A stretch of DNA of 64,000 nt, taken from an uncultured Gemmatimonadaceae bacterium (GTDB lineage: Bacteria; Gemmatimonadota; Gemmatimonadetes; Gemmatimonadales; Gemmatimonadaceae). Below, in pieces: positions 1 through 12,077 of this stretch. The stretch lies in assembly GCA_963751275.1 (NCBI GenBank), contig CAVVTZ010000007.1, forward strand, positions 1 to 64,000, written 5' to 3'. The position numbers and the translations under genes were made by a program. Each line of letters begins with the position of its first letter. The stretch's first letter is position 1. The notes beneath the pieces were generated by a model that searched no databases, was not told the origin of the DNA, and saw nothing but the letters and a program-made list of their open reading frames with translations.

Positions 1-885
1 TGCCACGCATCGCTTGAAGGCTAGTGTGAAGGAAGGCGTCGGCGCTGCGAAGCAAGTCCCGAACTTCGGTTGGCGGCAGTTTGCCGTAAAGCGTGACCCG
101 GGAGCCGAGGTCGAGATCTCGCACCGTATAGCGAAGGCGTTGCATTTCGTTTCCCGAACCGACGATGCTGATCCGAACCTGAACACCCCGGTCTATAACG
201 CGCCGCAGCGTCGCCAGCATGTACTCGTATCCCTTGCGCCAAATGATGGAGCCTACTGCAATCACATGAAAATCACCTTCGCCTCGCGCATGCCTGGTCT
301 GAAATGATCAACATTGACAGCCGGCCGAATCACTTCCGCCTTCGCCGGGTCGAGGCCGAGAGTGATAGCATCGTCACGTATAGCCTCGCACACACAGTGG
401 ACCGCGCTCGCACGAGCGAAAGTCTGCTTCAGTTTGTTGGCATAGTCTTCGTCAATATGCGGCCGGATGAAGACCTGAGTTCCGCGACAACTGATGACGA
501 TGGGCGCTGCCACAATTCCAGGAACGGCAGATAGTCGATCGCCGCGGAATTCCACCGAAGTGAACGACATCCGGGTAGAGCGAAGCCAGAGGAATGACCT
601 GCAGCAACGTCATGATTCCGCGGCGAAGAGATCCTTAGAGCGCGCCTCGTGTAGTATTGTCGCCCGACGAGACTGCGAAGCTCGTGCCATCATGACCAAT
701 GTGCCAAGAGTGGGCCTCCCAACATTAATCAGTCGAAAGCGAGACTCTTCGGCGTTGTCATCTCTGGCACCGCCGGTGACTGCGACAGTTACCTCAACGC
801 CGGCACGGGCAAGACCATCAAGCCTGCGTTGAATGAACGTCTCCGCAGGCCACACCCCGCCGATAACGAGCAAGCGAATGGTCAC
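1..885 (-). CDS. Glycosyltransferase family 4 (frameshifted; 3' end runs off the window)
   Basis: GTG at 885 overlaps the asnB stop (GTGA). The frames join: TIRLLVIGGVWPAETFIQR (610..915), ISCRG...VHCVCEAI...VIRPAVNVDHF (262..570), then VIAVGSIIWRKGYEY...ADAFLHTSL to the window edge. These are GT-B/GT4 motifs. Confidence 0.8.
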
Positions 886-2736
886 GGCTGCTTCCTGAGG
901 TACTCGTCCTCCCACAGCGCCAGGCTCAATAGCACCCAGAGCCCCCGGGCATGATCGGCAATGCCATTGAGGTGCTCCGCATACCAGTGCTTCAGGGCAG
1001 GTAGATCAAGCGGAAGGCCAGCTAATGCGTCGCGCTTGTAGAGCCGTTCTTCGAACAGCGGCCGCAGGCTCCCGCGCAGCCATGCGTCCATCGGGACCGT
1101 AAAGCCTCGTCTTCCTCTCCGTCTGGTATTCAAGCCTGCGCCCAAGGAGCGTGCGCAACGGCAACTTGCCGACCGACGACTTGAGATCGAGCATTGATCG
1201 CCAATCGATTCGAGTCGCAACATTGATGATTTCCTTATCCAACAACGGGACCCGAACCTCCAGTGAAAAATACATACTCGCGCGGTCGACCTTGAGCAAA
1301 ACCATCGTCAAGTGATTCTGGAATTCATTCTGGCGGAGCCACTGGGCGGTCTGATTCGACTTCCGAGCCGACGTAGTCGTAGGCCGTCATTTCACGCGGC
1401 CATGAACCCAGCGTCGGGAACAACCGCCCGAGCGTTGACTCTGGAATACGAGTATGCCTCGATCGGTACCAGTCGCCGATTGATGCGCGCCGTATATCGT
1501 AGGTGGCCGTCCCGCGTCCGAGGTACTTCTTGGCCCCCCATCGCGCAGTCCGAAGCCATTGAGGTTGCGCGAACTGCTCCGCCACGCGCAGCACCGCCGA
1601 GAATCGTCCAGCGTATCCAAGGAACAGCTCATCGCCGCCGTCTCCCGATAGAGCGACCTTGACTCGCTCGGAGGCGATCCGCGAGACAAGCATGGTCGGA
1701 AGGATCGAGTAGTCCGCGAACGGTTCTCCACATGCGCGTACTGCGTGCGGCACCAGTTCGAGCGCATCGTCGGCGGTAACGTGCCGAGTCACGTGATCGA
1801 CCCCGATCTCGGCTGCGTATCGGGAGGCATCCTCGACTCGTCTGTCTCTCAAGGTCTCGGTGCCGATCGTGAACGCGGGAAAGTCATGCCCGAGGGTCCC
1901 GGCCATCGCCGCCGTGATGAGCGGCGAGTCGATGCCGCCCGACAAGAAGGAGCCAACCGGTACATTGCTCACGATCTGCCGCTTGATTGCGGATTTCAGC
2001 GCTGAATCGAGCGCATCGATTGCCGCGGCGCCGTGCAGATCAGCCTCCCGCTCTCGCGGGAACTCGAAGTAGCGGCCCCGCTCCTCTACGCCGTTGGGCC
2101 GTACCCTGATCCAAGATCCTGGCTCAATCAATTCCGCCCCTGCATCATCGCGAAGGGCGCTGGGATGTATCCGAGTCGGAGATACAGCGACCTCCCAATG
2201 TCTGAAGTCCGCCGTCCCGCGCACCACGGATGATGAAGGATCTGATCGAACTGGGAGGCGAAGACCCACCCGCGTGCGTCTCTCAGAAGGTAGAGCGGTT
2301 TGATTCGGCGTGATCGCGCGCCACCAGCAACGTCCGATCGGCAATCGAGTAGAAGCCGAGCGCAAACATGCCATTGAACCGATCGAGCGCCGTCGTACCC
2401 CAGTCGATCAGCGCTGCGAGTACTACCTCCGCATCGCCTGTCGATCGGAACCGCCGGCCTCGCGACTCAAGTTGATCCCGCAGCACCCGATAGTTGAATA
2501 AAGCTCACCATTGAAGACGAGCGCGTATGCGCCGTCGGCGGAGAGCATTGGCTGGTGGCCGGCGGGCGACAAGTCGAGGATCGACAGCCGACGGAATGCG
2601 AGCGTGCAATGCGGATCCGCGTTCCAGAGTCCCTCATCGATCCGGCCCGACGGCGCGCCATCGCGGCGATGAGGCGTGGCCAATCGGCCTCGCTCTTGCT
2701 GGGCTCGCGCCGCAGTTCCCCGAGGACTCCGCACAC
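882..2736 (-). CDS. asnB: Asparagine synthase (glutamine-hydrolysing)-type amidotransferase, split over several frames
   Basis: N-terminal MCG; RRLSILDLSPAGHQPM; FNGE; FNGMFA; FLSGGIDS; ALSGDGGDELF; KVDRASM..SLEVRVPLLD. Spread over ORFs 2467..2736, 2423..2815, 2283..2486, 1325..2374, 1006..1311 and 882..1223. Confidence 0.9.
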
Positions 2737-3784
2737 TTACGGCGCCACCCTTGGAACGCGCCAAGAGCTGGCAGCCATGTAAAGCGAGCTTACGCGAGCC
2801 GCTACAATTGGCCACGCGAACTGGAGAGCTCTCTGCCGAGCCGAGGTGGCAAGACGTCGCTGGAGCGAAATATTCTCAAGGATACGAGCGGCCGAGTGCG
2901 CCATGGCCACGGCGTCGCCTGCGGGGGTGAACAAGGCGCAATCGTCTGACAGATAGTCGCGGACTCCACCGATGTCGGTCGCCACCACCGGCGTGCCGCA
3001 CGCGATAGCCTCAAGAGCGGAGGAGGTTGCCGTCGCGTCGAGCAGAGGAAGCAAGAGCAGAGAAGACCGTTGGTACCACATGACTAGCTCGCTATCCGGA
3101 AGATCCGTCAGCAGTGTGATTCGTGCGTGCGCAGGAACTTGGCCCGCAAACCGCGAGGGTACTATCGCGACTATTCGGGTCGGCCCCGAGGTGACGTCGA
3201 AGAGCTGAGCGACACGCAGCAGCGTCTCGAAGTCACGAAGATGACATCCGTACGAACAAGCACAGCCCGGGATCGCGCGGGGCCTCGGGCTCCGCCGGCC
3301 GAAAGACCTCGGTATCGACGCCGAGAGGTATCATCCACACTCGGTCGTGATTAACGAGCGATCGAACCGCGCGGAGCTGATTCGAGGCCACGCAGATCGC
3401 TCCGTCCAGGCGTGTTAGGAAGGAGGGATCGGGAAACAGCCTACCAAATTGGGATGGCGGAAAATGGAATGTGCCGATGCTCTTCCACCCGAGCGCGGAG
3501 CTCCAGCGAGCCGTATAGTGGAAGTCATTCTCCGCATTGAGGAAGTGCGCGACGCCTGGGCGCGTGCCAATCATGTGACCGAGTAGCGTTAGCTCCTTCG
3601 AGAAGCTTGTTGTGGAGTACACCCCTCCACACCTCCGCGCGAATGCCCGTTGGACGCGCCAAGGAGGAAACGCGCGCTCGCGCTCCTCGATTATCTCAGC
3701 ATCGACGTAGTCCTGGATTCTTCCGTAGCCGGAAGCCTCTGCGTGATGGGAGGAGCGGTGATCAATCAACACAGGTCTCGCCAA
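2737..3784 (-). CDS. Glycosyltransferase family 4 (frameshifted)
   Basis: IPLGVDTEVFRP in 3233..3946 and ALEAIACGTPVVATDIGG in 2737..3081. Probable TTG start at 3784 behind a purine-rich SD-like tract; start uncertain. Confidence 0.8.
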
Positions 3785-3954
3785 GTTTCCTTCCTCGAAT
3801 AAGGGAGCAGCGGTCCGAGGTCTCATCCAAACCGGCGCGCATTGGGGAGAAACTGTGCCACCAGTTGTGATTTCCCGGCGGGCCGTCGTTGCATTATCGT
3901 TAAGATCGAAGTAATTCTGGCCATTAAGAGCGCGGCTTCTCGCCACATCCGAAA

Positions 3955-5178
3955 TTGTCGGTGTGGATCGAGGCTTCGCAATCTAGAACACAGTCGATTG
4001 GACAGCGACCTCTGACTCCTCCGCGGTGCATTTCGACACTGTCCTTATGGCATCCCTTCACGCCCCGCTCGATCGGGTGGAAGGCCGAGGACGTCGCGAT
4101 ATCGTATAGCCGCCCTCACATCGCGGCGCTGAAAGACCTCTCCACTCGCTACGGGATCGGCTGTCGCGTCGAATACCTGACCGATGCGGTCTTTCCCTCG
4201 AGTGAAACGCGCGACGGTGTTGAGTGGCGATACTGGCCGCGAAGCCTCCGCGCAAGTGAACGCGCGGGTGAATACCGGCATGAGCTCTCCATCACCGGCC
4301 TGCTCGCCACGATCGCGCGGCCAGCCGACGCGACGATAATCAATACATCGGGGTTTGGTGGCACCTACGCGCGGGCGCTCGCCCGCGCGTCTCGTTTTCG
4401 GCATCGCCGATACATTGCGATGGTAGGCGGCCTCTTTGCGTCGCCCCTCGGGAAGCAGCGAGAGTACTTCAATCAAGCCTCCGCGATCGCCGTACATACG
4501 GAGGCTTTGCGCAACTTCCTGATTGACGAGGGTCTTCCAGCGACCAAGGTTGTGGTCGTCCCACTTGGTGTGGATACGGCCCAGTTCGCTCCGCCGTCCA
4601 CACAGCGATTGCCTGACCAAGGCCCGGTGTTGTTATTCGTCGGCCGCCTCACTCCGTCAAAGCGCGTGGACGCCGCGATCCGGGCGACGGCCGACTTGAG
4701 GCAAGTTCGTCCCCGACGCGAGACTGCGGATCGTAGGCCCGTCTTCCGACCTAGGGTACGTGGTGGCGCTTCGCGAGTTGGCCGTGAGGCTCTCGATCGA
4801 CGACGCAGTAGAGTTCGTGGGACCGGTACGCTATTCGGAGCTTCCAAATCACTATCGGGCCGCAGACCTTCTCGTTGTTCCGAGCGCGGCCGAAGGGTTT
4901 GGAATGGTGATCGTGGAGAGCATGGCGCGCTGGTACGCCAGCGGTGGTGCTCGCCTCGGCTGGAGGCCCGATCCGAGATTGTTAGCGAGGGCCGGGACGG
5001 GATGCTCGCAACGGCAGAGGGATTTTCTCGCACTGTTGCAGAGCTGGTCGAGGATAGCGAACGACTTCGCGCGATGGGCAAGGCGGCTCGCGCCAAGGTC
5101 CTTGAGCGCTATACCTCCAAGGTCACCGCTAGCGCACTTGAGGATCTGCTGTTGCGCGACGACACGCGGGATGGCTAG
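3955..5178 (+). CDS. Glycosyltransferase family 4 (frameshifted internally)
   Basis: VVPLGVDTAQF and LLFVGRLTPSKRVD in one frame; ADLLVVPSAAEGFGMVIVESM in the 4760..5383 frame; then EIVSEGRDG...MGKAARAKV. Start uncertain. Confidence 0.8.
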   Translation: MSVWIEASQSRTQSIGQRPLTPPRCISTLSLWHPFTPRSIGWKAEDVAISYSRPHIAALKDLSTRYGIGCRVEYLTDAVFPSSETRDGVEWRYWPRSLRASERAGEYRHELSITGLLATIARPADATIINTSGFGGTYARALARASRFRHRRYIAMVGGLFASPLGKQREYFNQASAIAVHTEALRNFLIDEGLPATKVVVVPLGVDTAQFAPPSTQRLPDQGPVLLFVGRLTPSKRVDAAIRATADLRQVRPRRETADRRPVFRPRVRGGASRVGREALDRRRSRVRGTGTLFGASKSLSGRRPSRCSERGRRVWNGDRGEHGALVRQRWCSPRLEARSEIVSEGRDGMLATAEGFSRTVAELVEDSERLRAMGKAARAKVLERYTSKVTASALEDLLLRDDTRDG

Positions 5179-5245
5179 CCCCCAACCGACGAGAAAGACG
5201 GCTGAGAGAACAACCCCTTTTGGCCTTGCCGATCGCATGAGCCTG

Positions 5246-6397
5246 CTACGCAAGCCGCTGTTTGACGCGGAGAAAGGGTCTCTCGACGAAACGGTACGAC
5301 ATCACCGAGACAATGACGCTGAGAGGAGCTACGATCCCCAATCGCATGTACGGATTGATGGCCGGCCACCAGACATTTACTAAGAAAACAATCGGCCAAT
5401 GCCAAAGATATAGCCCGTAAGAGATTCGACCGATGAACACGGCGGGAGCGGCCTCGAGAACGCGAGACGCCCAAGGCGAAGCCCGCTCAACGAGTCCCAG
5501 AATTATTAGGGCGGCCATAATGGCCACCAAGACGAACCCGATGTAAGCGTACAGTATGCGCGGAGGGGCCGAAACGACCATCGCGGCGATCCCAATCGCG
5601 CCGCAGATTGCCGCCGTATTCATTAGTGGCTTAGCCAGTGGGAGCGGATTCCAGCTCGCGCGCGCTAAGGCTAGAGTGGCGCCGACCAAGATCTGCGGCA
5701 GCCGGGCATCCGTGCCGAAATAGATCCGCTTCCACCCGAAGTGTCGGTATAGCAGCACCGACTCGCAGGCGGACGCGACTGTGAGCACGACTGACACCCA
5801 GAACGCGCCGCGGACTTGGAATCTTCGCAACACAAGCAAGAGCGCGAGCGGCCAGACAAGGTAGAACTGCTCCTCTACCGCCAGTGACCATGTGTGAGCG
5901 AGAATGCCGAAACGATGCTGCGTACCGCCGATGCTGAGCCAATTGATCGTATAGGTGATTGCTCCCACTGCACCATCAGCCGCCTGTTTGCGTGCGTTGG
6001 CGTCGAGGCCAGAGACGGCAAGAACTGATACGGCCGCAACAGCGAGTAAGGCCGGGTAGAGGCGCAATAGGCGCCGGACGTAGAACCTGCCGATTCGGAT
6101 GTCACCCGTCTTCGCGTACTCGGCGAGCAACACCGAGGAGATCAGGAATCCACTGAGCGTGAAGAAGATATCGACACCGATCCCACCTCCCCGCGTCCAG
6201 GGAATTTCGCAATGAAGCAGGATTACGATCGTGACCGCGACCGCACGCAGTCCGTCCAGGGCTGGCCAATAGAATTCCGTCGGCGCGGTCGGCCGATCTG
6301 CACCGAAGGAGCTCGCTTGGTCCCTTAGCGCAACTAGCGGCACTGAATCACCTCGCGTATCGTCGATCTTCCTCACGATCACTGCGGGTCGATCCAT
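5246..6397 (-). CDS. Acyltransferase family 3 (OafA-like O-acyltransferase)
   Basis: ALDGLRAVAV, GVDIFFTLSGFLI, FYVRRLLRLYP, HTWSLAVEEQFY, GRISYGLYLWH and YRFVERP motifs; many TM segments. Start uncertain. Confidence 0.92.
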   Translation of the reverse strand: MDRPAVIVRKIDDTRGDSVPLVALRDQASSFGADRPTAPTEFYWPALDGLRAVAVTIVILLHCEIPWTRGGGIGVDIFFTLSGFLISSVLLAEYAKTGDIRIGRFYVRRLLRLYPALLAVAAVSVLAVSGLDANARKQAADGAVGAITYTINWLSIGGTQHRFGILAHTWSLAVEEQFYLVWPLALLLVLRRFQVRGAFWVSVVLTVASACESVLLYRHFGWKRIYFGTDARLPQILVGATLALARASWNPLPLAKPLMNTAAICGAIGIAAMVVSAPPRILYAYIGFVLVAIMAALIILGLVERASPWASRVLEAAPAVFIGRISYGLYLWHWPIVFLVNVWWPAINPYMRLGIVAPLSVIVSVMSYRFVERPFLRVKQRLA

Positions 6398-6708
6398 CGC
6401 AGCAAGATCCTCGCCGTGCGATGCGCAATCGCCCAACTCGCACCGCTCGAGCGGTTGCAAGTATATGCCCAGGGGTCAATGGTGTCCGATTTGCGGCTTT
6501 CCGACTTCTCGAGGTACTCGGCGAGGAGAAGATCGGCTCGGAGCCGGCGTTCGTGGACGACTAGCAGCAGGCCATTTCGCTACCGTCGTTAGTCGGCGGC
6601 TTTAAGCCAAGACACGTACCGTATGCAATCGATTAGCAGTTGTCATTTGCCGAGGCAAGTAGACTGATTGATCGGGGTAAAATGTCCGTTCCGGCGTGGA
6701 GGGAGTCA

Positions 6709-7863
6709 ATGACGTGGAATCCGCTCGACGTGATCGTGGAGATCGAGGCGCCACAAGAGCTCAATAATTCTTCCTATGTGCTCGCCGGCCTCTTCGATCT
6801 TGAGCATGCCGGGATCGTGCGCGAAGTGAGACTGATGCCCAGCCTCAATCTTCATTGTGGTGAGATCCACGTTGGGCCGGCCGGTGAGATTCGTCGTTCC
6901 GAGTTTCGCGCCTACCACACGACTTTCTTCACGGTTCGAACGAATCGTAGAAGAGTCCGTGTCGCTCTGGACTTTCGCGATGCGACGTTCGTGTTCCCGG
7001 AGGATGGGCTCCTCCACGCGGACGTTCTGTTTAAGCGCAGCTTTGACGATGCGATGGTCCACGCGATCCGTCAGCGATATTCGGTCCCGATACAGCCAGC
7101 AGGCTTGTTTCTCGTTGCACGGAGTCAGTACGAACGCGAAGAAATGTTTCTCGTCATCAACTGTTTCGCGACCACGATGCGAAACGGGACATGTTTCGAC
7201 AGGTCGCTCCTGCCTCGCTGGGCAAGAGAGTTCCGCAAGGCGCGCGACCACGTGTCGCTGTTCCTGACGCAACATCCATTGACTTCACAGCTGTCGAGAA
7301 GCCGAGCGGATGCGTCGCGGCGAACAGTGTTCTTCCAGACCCGGACCTTTAACCGGACCGATGACGCGGATATCAATGAGGTTCACGCCAGCCGTGCCGC
7401 GCTGATCCGGGCGTTGAGGTCCGAATTCGGCGACCAATTCCTCGGCGGCTTTGTCCCCGATCAATTGAGTAGGTCGCAGTATTCCGACTGCCTTTCTTCT
7501 GTCCCGGCGGACAAGGCGACCTATCTCGCCGCCATGCGCAGTGCGGCGGTTGTCGTATATTCACGTGGGCTGCTCGATTCGGCTGCGCTGAAACTTGCCG
7601 AATACCTGGCGCTCGGAAAGTGTATCGTCGCAGAGCGAGTCGCCGGGCGGTTACCCGTCCCCGTTCGCGATGGTCACACCATTGCCGAATTCCGGACAGT
7701 GGAAGAGTGCGTGGCCAAGTGTCGTCACCTTCTGAACGCTCCTCTCGAACGCGCCAGAATGGAAGACGCAGCCCGCGCTTATTATGACGACTCGGTGGAC
7801 CCTGCGGCGGGGATGTACCGGATGTTGGACACCGCCCTGCGGATAGCCAACGGGGCGCCCTAG
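6709..7863 (+). CDS. Putative glycosyltransferase-like protein (GT-B C-terminal-like domain)
   Basis: Intact ORF with GGAGGGAG SD before ATG 6709. The C-terminal KLAEYLALGKCIV...LLNAPLERARMEDAARAYY resembles GT1/CgeB-type domains. Lies inside the polysaccharide locus. Confidence 0.6.
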   Translation: MTWNPLDVIVEIEAPQELNNSSYVLAGLFDLEHAGIVREVRLMPSLNLHCGEIHVGPAGEIRRSEFRAYHTTFFTVRTNRRRVRVALDFRDATFVFPEDGLLHADVLFKRSFDDAMVHAIRQRYSVPIQPAGLFLVARSQYEREEMFLVINCFATTMRNGTCFDRSLLPRWAREFRKARDHVSLFLTQHPLTSQLSRSRADASRRTVFFQTRTFNRTDDADINEVHASRAALIRALRSEFGDQFLGGFVPDQLSRSQYSDCLSSVPADKATYLAAMRSAAVVVYSRGLLDSAALKLAEYLALGKCIVAERVAGRLPVPVRDGHTIAEFRTVEECVAKCRHLLNAPLERARMEDAARAYYDDSVDPAAGMYRMLDTALRIANGAP

Positions 7864-7876
7864 GCAGCGAGCTCGA

Positions 7877-9164
7877 CTACGCGCCACCCGCCCGGGTGGT
7901 CCACGGAAGCTTCGGCCGCACGATGCCGGGCAGATGTCCCGCGTAATCCCCGCGCGCCGTGTCGCCCTCAATGTTATCCACGACCTGGAACGCCACCGAC
8001 TCCCGCTCGTTCACGTGCACGGTGACCGGATTCCACGTGGTGATCGCGCTCGTGATGACGAGACTTCCCTCCGCGAGGAAGTTCGGCGGGATCGTCACGC
8101 CGCTCGTATACCGCCCCACCGGCCGCGGACGGCGCCGCCACGACTCATCGTGGTCGACGCTGATGAACACGCAGACGCCCTCTTCGTTGTAGAAGCCCAG
8201 GTTCGGCGACAGCACGGTGCCGCCTGTCAGCACCTCGTACTCCATCTCGACCCGCACCGGCCGGCTGATATCCACCGCCTCGGCGATCTTCCCGTCCGCG
8301 TCCAGCACCCGCACCGCTCGCAGTCGCACGATCTCGTTCCCCGGTGCGGTCTTCAGATCCAACCATTCGCGCGCCGCCGTCGTGCCGATCCCCGAGTTCA
8401 GGTAGGAGCTGACGACCTCGTAGCTCGGTCCATCGGCGATCACCTGCCCTGCGTCGAGCAGGATCGTCCGCTCGCAGAGGCGGGTGATCGCGCTCATGTT
8501 GTGACTGACGAACAGCACCGTGCGCCCGTCGCGCCCGACGTCCTGCATCTTGTCCAGGCACTTCTTCTGGAAGCTCGCGTCGCCGACGGCGAGCACCTCG
8601 TCGACGACCAGGATCTCCGGCTCGAGGTGCGCGGCGACCGCGAACGCGAGCCGCACGTACATCCCGCTCGAGTAGTGCTTCACCGGCGTGTCGATGAACT
8701 GCTCCACCTCGGCGAACGCGACGATCTCGTCGAACCGCCGCACGATCTCGGCGCGCCGCATCCCGAGGATCGCCCCGTTCAGGAAGATGTTCTCGCGCCC
8801 GGTCAGCTCGGGATGGAATCCGGTGCCGACCTCGAGCAGCGAGCCGACGCGGCCGCGGATCTCGACGCGGCCGCTCGTCGGCTCGGTGATCCGCGAGAGC
8901 ATCTTCAGCAGCGTGCTCTTGCCGGCGCCGTTCGCGCCCGATGATGCCGACGCACCTCGCCCGGCTCGACGTCGAAACGACACGTCCGCGCAGCGCCTCG
9001 ATCCATTCGTCGGCGCCGTGCCTCGCGCCGAGCGCCGGCGCCGAAGCCGCGCGTGATCGTCGCCATGATCACGTCGCGCAGCGTCCGGTACGGCTCGCGC
9101 GCGCCCGATCCGGTAGCGCTTTCCGACGCGCCTCGGCGCGCGCACCGCGATGCTCAGACGACAT
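7877..9164 (-). CDS. wzt: Polysaccharide ABC transporter ATP-binding protein with Wzt C-terminal domain (N-terminus frameshifted)
   Basis: [52 protein letters not shown] and VSHN motifs; C-terminal carbohydrate-binding-type extension. Confidence 0.92.
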
Positions 9165-10035
9165 CGGCGAACGTCCTCTCGATCCGGCGGAAGTAGAACG
9201 CGCCCGCTGACCAGCAGCAGCGACCGCCGCAGCGGAGCTGACGAAGATCATCGGGCCCGGCTTGGTGTTGCACGCCGAGCAGCGCCCAGCGGAAGCCCTC
9301 GCACGACGCCGGCCATCGGATTGAGCCCGAACACCGTGCGCCACGGCTCGGGCAGCAGCGAGCTGCGGAGTACGCGACCGGCGTCGCGAACATCCAGAGC
9401 TGCGCGAGGAACGGCACGAGGAACCGCACGTCGCGGAACTTCACGTTCAGCGCCGAGAGCCAGAGCCCGACGCCGAGCGCGGTCACGAGCGCGAAGCAGG
9501 AGGAAGCCGGCAGCCAGACCGCGTTCCACGTGCGGCGCCACGCCGTACCACGCCATCATCCCGAAGAGCACGAGCATCGCGACGGCCAGGTCGACGAGGC
9601 CGGCGAGCACCGTCGCGACCGGGATGATGATCCGCGGGAAGTACACCTTCTGCACGAGGTTCGCGCTCCCGACGAGCGAGTTCGAGCTCATGTTCAGCGC
9701 CGTCGCGAAGAACGTCCACGGCACGAGCGCGGTGAACGAGAAGATCGGATACGGGATCCCGTCCGATGGAACCTTGCGCGAGCTTGCCGAAGAAGAGGCT
9801 GAACACGATCATCGTGAAGAGCGGCTGGATCACCGCCCACGCCGCGCCGAGCGCCGTCTGCTTGTAGCGGACCTTGATGTCGCGCCAGACCAGGAAGTAG
9901 ATCAGCTCGCGGTATTCCCAGATCTCGCCGGAGCTTGAGCGACACCCAGCCGCGCGACGGCGCGATGATCGGTGATCGCGTCGGCCGCGGGTCGTGTTCC
10001 AGTTGGGGTCGCTCGAGCACGTCAGGAAGGGCCAC
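9154..10035 (-). CDS. wzm: Polysaccharide ABC transporter permease (multiple frameshifts)
   Basis: [66 protein letters not shown] and [13 protein letters not shown] across several frames. Confidence 0.9.
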
Positions 10036-10080
10036 GCTGTCTCCGTCCGAGTACGGGCGCCGGGAGCGCCGGCGACCTCC

Positions 10081-10089
10081 AATATAGCA
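10081..10089 (-). promoter_or_regulatory. Candidate extended -10 promoter (TGcTATATT) for wzm-wzt
   Basis: TGCTATATT on the minus strand in the short intergenic gap just upstream of wzm. Confidence 0.45.
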
Positions 10090-10112
10090 GACGGAGGAAT
10101 CGGGCTACCCGG

Positions 10113-11337
10113 TCACGCGCGCCGCTGCTCTCCCTTCTCCCACAACACCGGCACCCACAGGAACGCGAGCCCGAGCGCCGGCACCAGATACCGCACCAGC
10201 GGCAGCGCCACCGCGCTCATCAGCCAGAAGTAGGCCACGATCACCGCCACCAACGCCACCAGCCGCCGTCGCTCGCCTCCCGCCTTCCACGCGACGCGCG
10301 CCGCCCGCGCGAGCACGAACAAGTACACCAATTGCAGCAGCGCGATGTACTCGTCCAACCGCTGACTGTCGGTGCCGTACCACGCGCGCAGCAACTTCAT
10401 CCCGATCAACCCGACCATCCCCACCGGATGCGCGCCCAACTCCCGCACCCCCGCGCGCGCGATCGCGCCGTACGAATTCAGGCTGTCGTACTCCGCGTAG
10501 AAGCTGATCATCACCGTCCGGATCGCATCCGGCACGTAGATCCCCTGCCGGTAGCTCTTGTCGGCGTTCACGCCGAACGTGAGCCCATCGCGCATGCTCG
10601 GCACGCCACCGGAACTCAGCACCACGAGCTTCCCCTCCGCGCGACTCGCGTGGATCTCCCAGGGCGCAATGACCACGAGACTCATCGCGACGATCTTCAC
10701 GATCGTGAGCACCCGCGCGCGCCGCTCCCACACGCTACCCAGCCGCCACACCAGCACCGCGAACACGAACGGAAGCAGGATCGCGATCGGACGCACCAGC
10801 ATCGCCACACCCTGCCAGCGCCCCCGCCCCTGCCGCCAGCCAGAGATCCGGCTTCGCGCCCCGCAACAGCCGCCACATCACGAACGCGCTCGCGAACAGC
10901 ACCATCGTGAACGGCACTTCGCTGTTCGGCTGCTTGGTGAACCACAGCGCCAGCGGATAGGTGCTCCACGCCGCGCTCGGCAACAGCGCCAGCCACCCGC
11001 CCCACAGGTCGCGCGCGATCAGATACAGGAAGAGCGACGACACCGCGATCGACACGAACGTCAGCAGGTCGAGCGACGTCGATTCCGGCAGGCCAATGAT
11101 GTTCCCGGCGCCGAGCGCCGCCGCCACGAGCACCGGATATCCCGGCGGATAGCGCAGCGCCGGCGCGCCACTCTCGGTCACGATCCCGTGCCCCGCCAGC
11201 AGCTGCACGGCCACCGGCCGGTAGAAACTCTCGTAGTCGGTGCTCTCGGCCACGCGATATTGCGCCGGCAGCACCATCCAGAACGCCACGGCGGCCGCCA
11301 CCGGGAGCAGCGCCGCGATCAACCAGCGCGGCATCAC
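10113..11337 (-). CDS. GT-C fold membrane glycosyltransferase (PMT/ArnT-like), frameshifted near 10810
   Basis: TDYESFY...RYPPGYP, QPNSEVPF, LVRP, PW and RYLVP motifs; polytopic membrane protein (10735..11337 + 10113..10808). Confidence 0.7.
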
Positions 11338-11359
11338 GAGGCTCCCGCTGGTGACCGCA

Positions 11360-12077
11360 TCACTCTGCCCGCACCACCGCGAGCAGGCTCTGCCCGAACG
11401 GCGGCCTCACGACTCTTCGCTCGATCGTATGCGCCGCCGGAAAGATGAGCCGGTCGAACAATCCGACCGACCCGCTGCCGAAGTGATGCCGCTTCATCAC
11501 GCAGAAGCTCAGCCACCACGCGAAATATCCCACGAGATTGAAATACTCGAGCCGCACGATCTCGAATCCCGTCCGCTCCAGCTTCCCCTTCAGCTCCGGC
11601 TTCTCATACCGCCGGAAATGTCCGAACTCGCGATCGATCGGTGCGTGCAGCTCCGGCCGCGCCGGCACGAACAGGCAGAGGTGCCCTCGCCGTGCCGTGA
11701 GCTTGCGCGCGTACTTCGCGAGTTCCTCTTCATCGCGCTCGATGTGCTCGAGTACGTTGATGCTGAGCATCGCGTCCCAGCCAGCTCCGGCCGGCATGTC
11801 GTCGATCGTCCCCTGGACCAGCGCGACCTCGGGATGCAATCGCGAGAACTCCGCGCAGAATCGCCCTTCCGGTTCGAGTGCGGTCACGCGGCTCACTCCG
11901 CTCAGCTGCGCCAACGGTCCGGTGAACTGCCCGATCCCCGCGCCGATCTCCAGAGATGTCGCCCTTGAGCCACGGTTCGAACTCCCGCAACACCGCGGTC
12001 CGGTAGTTCACGGCTTTCGACAGCGCCGCGAATTCGAAGTCCTCGGTGTTCGCGGTTGCGTTCGGCGCACCGGTCAC
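11360..12077 (-). CDS. Class I SAM-dependent methyltransferase (frameshifted near 11955)
   Basis: FEFAALSKAVNYR, (L)EIGAGIG, INVLEHIERD, FVPA..D..FGHFRRY. GTG start overlaps the GT2 stop. Confidence 0.85.
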
